Shown here piece by piece: positions 1-6,700 of a stretch of 60,330 bases of DNA; position 1 is the first letter of the stretch; each line of letters opens with the position of its first letter. The notes under the pieces were generated by a model. The model did not search any database, was not told where the DNA came from, and saw nothing but the letters and a program-made list of their open reading frames with translations. Made by a program: the position numbers and the translations under genes. Source of the stretch: an uncultured Candidatus Bathyarchaeia archaeon (GTDB taxonomy: Archaea; Thermoproteota; Bathyarchaeia; 40CM-2-53-6; JALHTG01); the NCBI GenBank assembly GCA_964631575.1, contig CAZVYD010000002.1:1-60330 (forward strand). Reading direction: 5' to 3'.

Positions 1-439
1 CTCCGAACGAGCAAGAAGTGCCTTGGCGGCCCATAGTATATATCGGTTGTGCCGAAAACTTCCTCTCACTGGTTCCCCTGTTGCCTTGACCACTAAGAGT
101 CGTGACTGGTTAAACCAAGACTGTAGCTTGTGACTCAGAGGCGCTGGCTCATGCTGGATCGACTGCGCGACGAGTCATGCTGTCGGAACCGCATCACAAG
201 ATCCAGTCGAGAGGGGCCAAATTCCTTAGGAACAAATGCGCAACCGCCAGCCTCTCGATTGCACTCAAATTCTCAAGAGGCCGGCATTGCGCTTGTCATT
301 GTTCGAAGAGGGCTGTGCCACCATCTATGGAACTGCAGAAGTCATGTGGTCAGTGAGCGTGCGTAGCTCATGTGGCACGCAAAGAGTTAAACTCTAGAAG
401 AACACACGAAAGCAAGCTCAACACATGGAGGTGAAGTCT

Positions 440-628
440 ATGCCTGTAGTCACGGTTGAGATGTGGGAAGGCAGGACCTCGGAACAGAAGGAGAAGCTCA
501 TCAAAGGCATAACGAAGGCTTTCGGAGAGATTGGCGTGAAACCAGAGTCCCTACACATCATACTTCATGATGTACCGAAGAGCAACTGGGGCCTGCGCGG
601 AGAACAAGCATCCAAACTAGCGCCGTAG
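440..628 (+). CDS. 4-oxalocrotonate tautomerase family protein
   Basis: Lies in ORF 425-628. The internal ATG at 440 gives MPVVTVEMWEGRTSEQKEKLIKGITKAF..., the Met-Pro-initiated ~60-aa tautomerase pattern. GGAGGTGA at 427-434 sits just upstream of ATG 440. Confidence 0.8.
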   Translation: MPVVTVEMWEGRTSEQKEKLIKGITKAFGEIGVKPESLHIILHDVPKSNWGLRGEQASKLAP

Positions 629-892
629 CATGTTCGGAGAAGAATGCCCTAGGGTCGCTGGAAAGAAAAGAATTGTGTCTGATGAGAGCTTGGAGAGTGG
701 AGCCTGAGAAGATTTGCGAAGGACGCTTTTGCTGAGTTTCATCGGGCTTACGCTACCTCCAAAGAGTGAGAACAAGCACAAACTATGACGCTCAGCGTTG
801 TCATCAACAAGCTCATTGAGAAAGAGCTGTTGACTCCCTGAGAACCCCAGAATCAGACACAAGTATTAACTACTGATAGCAGCCTCCTACTG

Positions 893-2140
893 ATGAGTGC
901 CTCTTTTGGCAATCGGGGCTCCAGTAACATGGATGAAAGACCAGTCTCCACTGAAGAGAAACGTTCACCTGGAAGACTCGTTCTCCCGTCGCTAGTCATT
1001 TCTCGCTTTGCGACGCAGCCACCGGGACTTCTAGTGGGGCTGCTTCTGGTTGACATCGGACTTACGTTTGGGACTTCCGTCGGAGTTACGGGGCAGATTC
1101 GCAGTGTCTCATATTTCGTCTCGGTCATCTTCGCCTTATTCATGGGTGTCCTAAGTGTTCGATTTAGGCATAGATCGTTGCTAATGATGGGGCTTCTATT
1201 CCTCAGTCTTTCAGCTTTGGGTTCTGGCTTTGCTCCGAACTTCGACACGATACTTGTGACCTATGCCTTATCCGGCTTGGGGATGGCTATGGTTGCACCC
1301 ATGTGTCTTACTTTGGTTGGGGAACAGTTTCCTCGCGAGAAACGACCGGGCGCAATTGGATGGGTGGTCGCCGGCATGTCCATAGCGTACGTTGTTGGTT
1401 CGCCAGCCGTTGGGTTTATCGCAGTTCTTGGAGGTTGGCGCTTGGCCTTCTTAGGATTCGTCCTCCCTGTTTCCGTTCTGAGTCTCTTGTTAGCCGGTAA
1501 GGGGATATCTGCTGCGTCGCGAGGCCATCGACCTGAGATGAGCTCTAGAAGTTATTTCGAGGGCTTCAAGGGAATCCTCTCAAACAGGTCGGCTGACGCC
1601 TGCTTGGCGGGCACGGCGCTTTCAATGGCCGCTTGGATGGCGATCTTGACGTACAGTATGTCTTTCTTCAGACAGCGATTCCTTGTACCCACCGCTTCTG
1701 CGTCGATTCTGATGTTAGTCGCTGCTTTGTGTTTCACTTCGGGTAGTGTGATCAGCGCTCGATTCGTCAAGAGATATGGAAGGAAGCCATTCACGGTCCT
1801 AGCAGCGCTATTCGCCGGCATGTTCACACTCTCTTATGCTAGCTTGCCTAATCTATGGATGTCTTTGACTGCTTGTTTCTTGGGCAGTTTTTTCGCAGGC
1901 ATGAGAGTCACAGCGTCCAATAGCCTAACCCTTGAACAGGTTCCAACATTTCGTGGCACAATGATGTCGATTAGTACAGCAGCTGATAATGCTGGTTCAT
2001 CTCTAGGGACAGCTATCGGAGGACTAGCACTCATCTTGTACAACTATGAAGGCATGGCGATATCCCTTGGAGCTATGGGTGTCGCAGCAGCAATAGTATT
2101 CCAACTCTTGGCAAAGGACCCAACGAAAGCTGAAATGTAG
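893..2140 (+). CDS. MFS-type transporter
   Basis: 415-aa ORF made of many hydrophobic helices in two halves. It has Gly-rich loops and an RFRHRS-type cytoplasmic loop, as expected for a major facilitator. Confidence 0.7.
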   Translation: MSASFGNRGSSNMDERPVSTEEKRSPGRLVLPSLVISRFATQPPGLLVGLLLVDIGLTFGTSVGVTGQIRSVSYFVSVIFALFMGVLSVRFRHRSLLMMGLLFLSLSALGSGFAPNFDTILVTYALSGLGMAMVAPMCLTLVGEQFPREKRPGAIGWVVAGMSIAYVVGSPAVGFIAVLGGWRLAFLGFVLPVSVLSLLLAGKGISAASRGHRPEMSSRSYFEGFKGILSNRSADACLAGTALSMAAWMAILTYSMSFFRQRFLVPTASASILMLVAALCFTSGSVISARFVKRYGRKPFTVLAALFAGMFTLSYASLPNLWMSLTACFLGSFFAGMRVTASNSLTLEQVPTFRGTMMSISTAADNAGSSLGTAIGGLALILYNYEGMAISLGAMGVAAAIVFQLLAKDPTKAEM

Positions 2141-2205
2141 ACCAGCCCCTGACCACTATGGAAATATCGATTCCCAAGAAATTCGCTCATCTAAGCGTAG
2201 GGTGA

Positions 2206-2221
2206 TGGTGCGGCCGCCGGG
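2206..2221 (-). repeat. 16-nt exact copy of the 3' end of the tRNA gene at 6429-6526 (T-stem 3' strand, acceptor 3' strand and ACCA); candidate att-like repeat
   Basis: tggtgcggccgccggg at 2206-2221 is identical to 6429-6444 in the same orientation. The flanking bases differ on both sides. Confidence 0.6.
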
Positions 2222-2343
2222 CTCACACCGCTAGCGATGAATTCTTCTAGAGGGCCTCCGTTCGAATAGAGTCATGTGGGCAAGACGACACTTCGGGGGC
2301 AAGAATTAAATAGTTGGGCGAAATTGAAAGACCGGGGTTTGGG

Positions 2344-2592
2344 ATGGCTGTCGTGGTAGTAGATGAGCGTGGTCGATTGACGATCCCCAGCCAGTTCGAA
2401 GTGAGGGGCACCAAGGCCACGCTGATTCCTGCAGGGCCGTTTCTAATCGTGGTTCCCATCCCGCAACATCCGTTGGAGGCTTCAGCGAGCTGGCTTGACA
2501 GCAAGTTCAGCAGAAAAGAACTGAAGACGTTGGCAGAGAAGACTGCCCGTGCTGATGCGGTGAAGAGGGCGAAGAGAAGGAAACAGATTTGA
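2344..2592 (+). CDS. vapB: AbrB/SpoVT-fold antitoxin (VapB-like)
   Basis: MAVVVVDERGRLTIPSQFEVRG... is a swapped-hairpin AbrB/MazE-type N-terminus, followed by a basic C-terminal tail. It overlaps the downstream PIN gene. The ORF track start at 2314 is TTG; ATG 2344 is preferred. Confidence 0.7.
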   Translation: MAVVVVDERGRLTIPSQFEVRGTKATLIPAGPFLIVVPIPQHPLEASASWLDSKFSRKELKTLAEKTARADAVKRAKRRKQI

Positions 2593-3005
2593 TGATAGAA
2601 GCAGACATATTGTATGCCCACGTGAAGAGAAATGACTGGTTGAAGCCAGCGGCGGACAAGTTCCTGCGCCGCATAGTTCACGGAGATTTTGGGATTGTGT
2701 TGACGAGCAGAGAGGTGCTACACGAACTCTACTACGTCTCGATGGAGGAAGGCGTCACATTGGAGTCATACATCTCAAGGCTGGCGGCACTGACGGCGCT
2801 ACCAAACCTGAAGTATATCGATACGACATCTGAGATCGACATACTTGCAGCAACGCTGATGAAACAGTTCAAGCTCACTTCAATCTTCGACGCCTACTAT
2901 GCAGCAACGGCCCTCAACGCGGTTCCGGATCACATAATAGCCTCAACAGACGAAGTCTTCGACAAAGTGACAGGAGTCAAGCGAGTAGATCCACGAACCT
3001 TCTAG
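2589..3005 (+). CDS. vapC: PIN-domain toxin (VapC-like ribonuclease)
   Basis: 138 aa. It has an acidic residue near the N-terminus (EADILYA), a mid-protein acidic position, and the C-terminal FDAYYAATAL...ASTDEVF pattern typical of PIN domains. It is translationally coupled to the AbrB-like gene. Confidence 0.7.
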   Translation: MMIEADILYAHVKRNDWLKPAADKFLRRIVHGDFGIVLTSREVLHELYYVSMEEGVTLESYISRLAALTALPNLKYIDTTSEIDILAATLMKQFKLTSIFDAYYAATALNAVPDHIIASTDEVFDKVTGVKRVDPRTF

Positions 3006-3170
3006 CTCGTGTCAGATGACAACGTCGTTTTCACCTTGCATAACAATAGTTACTGCCTGCTCAAGACTACCAAGCAACAGGACATCCGAGCAGCACGGGA
3101 ATGAGACATTCAACGATGCGGCCCCCGGAACTCGAAGCTCCAGCCTGCAGTCTCTTGGGTTCAGGAGATT

Positions 3171-5294
3171 CTAGCTGGCTTTGTATACTCTACACAGAAT
3201 TCCTCTAAGATTGACTGAGCCCATAGCTGGGTCGTATGGAGGCTCGTTGGATGTCAGAACATTAAGGTTTGCTTCTTCCCATTCAAACAAGCGGTCGTAC
3301 CCCTCCTCAGGGAACCACCAGCCATAAGCAGCCATAACCACTCTGGGATCAATGTCTTGGTTGAGCTTTAGCCTCTGCTTTATCCTCCCTCTGATGCTCT
3401 CTATGTAAACCATGTCCGCCTCTTCCAGGCCGAGCTTCGTCGCCGTAACGGGGTTCAATTCGACCGTTGGTTCAGGAGAAAGTTTACGCAGACTAGGAAT
3501 GTTTCTATGACTAGCGTGGTAGAAGAACGGGCTTTTGTAGTTTGTTAGGATCAAAGGGTATTCCTCAGCTATCTCAGGTGAGCCAAAAGGTGTCTCTTTA
3601 GGTTCGTTGTAAACTGGAAGGGGCTCGAGGCCGAGTTCCTTGAGCTTAGATGAGTATAACTCCACCTTGCCTGATGGCGTACGGAAGCCCTCCCGCTCGT
3701 ATTTTCTGTAGCCACTCTCGATTCCGTATAACCCCAGGCTCTTCAGCTGTTCAAATGTGAGTCCAGTCGGCTTGAGTAGTGTATCGATGGCCTCAGTCTC
3801 ATCATTCCAGAAGTGCTCTCCGAACCCCATGCTCTTTGCCATGAGGTTGATCCACTGCAAGTCTGACTTACACTCGCCCGGCGGTTCAACCAATTTGGGC
3901 CTCGCTGCAATGTATCCTGAACGCTGGAAAAACTCGTTGAACTCAAGGTTGGCCGCAACGGGCAGAATAACATCACTTAGGGCCGCCGTGGGGGTCATGA
4001 ATAGATCAACGACAATCAGGAAATCCAGCTTTTTCAGAGCCTCATGAACCATAACGGCGTTTGGGTGGGTCAGCATGGGATTGCTGCCGAAGACGAACCC
4101 TGCCTTCAACTGATATGGGTCCTCTCGAATTATCGCTCTGCTCGCCTCTTGACAGGCAACAATGTTTGCTTGGGCTGCGACTTTGAAGCGGCTTCCAACT
4201 GGCGTCTTCCGAATCCTTAACGAGTCCTTGATCAGGCTGAACTCCGTGGCTTTGAGAATAGGGGGATAAGTGAGGAAGATATTGCCTCCAGACACATCGA
4301 TGTTGCCAGTTATTGCCTTGAGAATCGACAGGGCTCGACAGGTCTGGAAGGCGTTGCTGGTCTGATCTAGGGCGTTGCCCCACTGAATGATAGCCGGTTT
4401 ACTTGCAGCATATATCTTCGCTGCCTGCTCTATCTGCGATCTTGGCACCCAAGTTCTCTCGGCGACCATGTCAAGAGGATACTGTTTGACGAATTCCTCA
4501 AGCTTGTCGAACCCCAGAGTCCATCTTTGGACGAAGTCTTTGTCGTAGAGCCCCTCTCGGATGATGAAATTGATCATGCCGAGGGCAAGTAGTCCATCGC
4601 TTCCCGGCCGGGGCTTGATCCACAGGTCTGCTCTTGAAACGAGCGATATCTTCCTCGGATCTATCACTATCAGCTTCGCGCCTGCTTTCAATGCTTGGTT
4701 GAACTGAGCGGGAGAGCCTTCGGCACCTGTCTGGAGGGAGTTTCTGCCCCAGACCATTATGCATCTTGGCGAATGGTCAAAATCCGGGAAGGGCCTATCG
4801 CCGAACGTGTATGATGAAGCCATCGTCCTCGGCGCGTGACAGATGTTATCGATGCCGACGGTGTTCGGCGTCCCGAGAATACTTGCAAACCTTTGTACGA
4901 AGACGCGCTCAAGTCCGCGAAATGCGCCCGTAAACAGAAGGATTGACTCTCCGCCATGCAGCTCGATACACTCTTTGATTCTCTGCGCAATGGTGCCAAG
5001 AGCCTCGGTGACCGATATGCGCTCCCATTTGCCCTCGCCCCTCTTGCCGACCCGTCTCAACGGATACGTGATTCGATCTGGATGATAGAGTATCTCAGGG
5101 ATGGCGCGGCCCTTGGGACATATGTGGCCCTTATTCAGGGGGCAGTCAGGATCTCCTTCAACCTTCGTAATCTTCCCATGATCTACTGTGACCAGTATGC
5201 CGCAATTGCCGCCACATAGACGACCGCAGAACGTCTTGGCAATCTCAACCAAGCTGTTCACGAACTCGCTTCCTATTATGCTGCCAGAGTTCAT
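3171..5294 (-). CDS. Molybdopterin/tungstopterin (bis-PGD) oxidoreductase, cytoplasmic, Cys-ligand type
   Basis: 707 aa. The N-terminal 4Fe-4S motif is CGRLCGGNCG...GHICPKGRA. NICHAPR sits at the position of the Sec/Cys Mo ligand in the formate dehydrogenase family. No twin-arginine signal is present. Confidence 0.8.
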   Translation of the reverse strand: MNSGSIIGSEFVNSLVEIAKTFCGRLCGGNCGILVTVDHGKITKVEGDPDCPLNKGHICPKGRAIPEILYHPDRITYPLRRVGKRGEGKWERISVTEALGTIAQRIKECIELHGGESILLFTGAFRGLERVFVQRFASILGTPNTVGIDNICHAPRTMASSYTFGDRPFPDFDHSPRCIMVWGRNSLQTGAEGSPAQFNQALKAGAKLIVIDPRKISLVSRADLWIKPRPGSDGLLALGMINFIIREGLYDKDFVQRWTLGFDKLEEFVKQYPLDMVAERTWVPRSQIEQAAKIYAASKPAIIQWGNALDQTSNAFQTCRALSILKAITGNIDVSGGNIFLTYPPILKATEFSLIKDSLRIRKTPVGSRFKVAAQANIVACQEASRAIIREDPYQLKAGFVFGSNPMLTHPNAVMVHEALKKLDFLIVVDLFMTPTAALSDVILPVAANLEFNEFFQRSGYIAARPKLVEPPGECKSDLQWINLMAKSMGFGEHFWNDETEAIDTLLKPTGLTFEQLKSLGLYGIESGYRKYEREGFRTPSGKVELYSSKLKELGLEPLPVYNEPKETPFGSPEIAEEYPLILTNYKSPFFYHASHRNIPSLRKLSPEPTVELNPVTATKLGLEEADMVYIESIRGRIKQRLKLNQDIDPRVVMAAYGWWFPEEGYDRLFEWEEANLNVLTSNEPPYDPAMGSVNLRGILCRVYKAS

Positions 5295-5541
5295 AAGTCC
5301 GAACTAGTACAGTCTGGACTGGTGCGCACACACACAACCTGCACGTTAAGTCCTAACGAGCAAGAACACTCCTCTGCATCGACGTCACTCCACCGGGCCT
5401 ATCCCTGCGGGACTCCGCAGTGTCCGATCATTTGCTTGAACTGTCGCTCCAATGTGCCAGCTCTTATCCCCAGCTGGCCCTCGAAAACGTGAAGAATCTC
5501 TCCTCCCAGGTGTGGTGCTGTGTAGCCTTCACCTATGTCAC

Positions 5542-6174
5542 TCAGGGCGCTTTCATAAGGCATGGCTGATTGGATAGTCTTAGAAGACGTATCGCCATCA
5601 CTTCTATCCATATGAGCGAAGGTGCAAAGAATATTCTTTGTAGAGCACCGTACCACGGCCCCCCTGCACCCCCAAGAAACACAAAGAGCAAAATGACTGA
5701 CGTCACACCTGTTGCCAGTGAATAGAGACGATACCCCTGCCATCTAGAGTCCTGCTTCAACCTTCTTGAGATTATGAGAGGAGCAATCGTGATTGTGATG
5801 TAGGCCGCAAGGGCGAGTTGCAGATGCAACCGGTTCGGCAACGGGATGATGGCGACCCCTAATCGGAAACCACCGGACACCGCTACCAAGATTGGACCTA
5901 TCTTCGAGCCTTTTCCGTCGCCTATGCCCTTGTGCAGTCCGTAGGCGAACGCTATAAACAGGAGACCGGATACAAAGATATTCGCATTCATTATCGTTGC
6001 ATAGGGAGCACCGACCGCACCAAGATCGCTCATCACTTGCGAGACATGGCTGTAGCCAGGGTGAAGAAAGCCAAGGATGATCACTACACCTGTAAAGAGG
6101 ATGGGGGCAATTACCCCACTTAGCGCAAATAGTCTCCCTTCAGAAATGCTCATGGATTTTTCTTTTGTTGACAT
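5542..6174 (-). CDS. DUF998-family integral membrane protein
   Basis: 210 aa with about 6 TM segments. The N-terminal GVIAPILFTGVVIILGFLHPGYSHVSQVMSDLGA matches my recollection of the DUF998 signature. Confidence 0.6.
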   Translation of the reverse strand: MSTKEKSMSISEGRLFALSGVIAPILFTGVVIILGFLHPGYSHVSQVMSDLGAVGAPYATIMNANIFVSGLLFIAFAYGLHKGIGDGKGSKIGPILVAVSGGFRLGVAIIPLPNRLHLQLALAAYITITIAPLIISRRLKQDSRWQGYRLYSLATGVTSVILLFVFLGGAGGPWYGALQRIFFAPSLIWIEVMAIRLLRLSNQPCLMKAP

Positions 6175-6428
6175 TCACGTCACCTCCTTCTTCCACCGAT
6201 ACATCGGCTGGGTACTTCTTGTCATCGCGCCCCTCCTCGGCGCTCCGTCCGTGTACAAGATACTTGTATAGCTCCCCGCCTCAGAGCCTAGCCCCCGCTG
6301 CAGAACAAGACAGTGGGACGCCAGACTGTCACCTCTGATTATCAGTAATTATGACTTTCGGTCTTTAGGCTCCGAACAGGTCATGATTTGAATCGTCGTC
6401 GTTACAATGAAATTGTGTGTGGCTGGAC

Positions 6429-6526
6429 TGGTGCGGCCGCCGGGATTTGAACCCGGGTCACCGGCTCTTCCCGAGGATAGAACTCTTGGGGGGCCGACGT
6501 CTTAGACCAGGCTGGACTACGGCCGC
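6429..6526 (-). tRNA. Intron-containing tRNA, best read as tRNA-Gly(CCC), with encoded CCA
   Basis: The reverse complement reads GCGGCCG-TA-GTCC AGCCTGGTCTA AGAC-G-TCGGC-CCCCCA[20-nt intron]A-GCCGG-TGAC-CCGGG-TTCAAAT-CCCGG-CGGCCGC-ACCA. The acceptor and T arms pair perfectly, and the D-loop carries AGCCTGG. The anticodon assignment depends on the intron model. Confidence 0.85.
6467..6486 (-). other. 20-nt tRNA intron at the canonical 37/38 position (BHB motif)
   Basis: The intron is AGAGUUCUAUCCUCGGGAAG. The central helix pairs C33-C35 with GGG (plus a C32.A mismatch). The 5' bulge is CA|A and the 3' bulge is AG|A. The distal helix is GAG/CUC with a 7-nt loop. Confidence 0.7.
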
Positions 6527-6700
6527 TATGTGGAGATAGGTGATTAGTCAACCATAAGTCTGTTTGCATCACAGGGCTACTCACAAAGAAAAGAGACTGT
6601 GAAGATTCTGTTGCAGGCCGTCAGACAACTGCGTTGCGCAAGCTGAAGTTAGACAGTGGACAATAATTGGGGAAAGAGAAGTTGAGAGCATCTATTGTGG

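Noticed and set aside
130-366. 78-aa plus-strand ORF in the first 424 nt
   Set aside because: Its composition is Arg/Ser/Cys-rich and looks random. It has no motif and no SD. The region is left unannotated. A small inverted repeat GCGTGC...GCACGC around 357-382 is too short to interpret.
617-1248. Minus-strand ORFs of 81 and 131 aa overlapping the tautomerase/MFS region
   Set aside because: They lie antisense to, or overlap, a clearly coding MFS gene, and their sequence is low-complexity. They look like shadow ORFs.
2255-2285. GTTCGAAT T-loop-like sequence suggesting a second tRNA next to the 16-nt repeat
   Set aside because: The flanking bases (CCTCC / AGAGT) cannot form a T-stem, and no acceptor or anticodon arms can be drawn.
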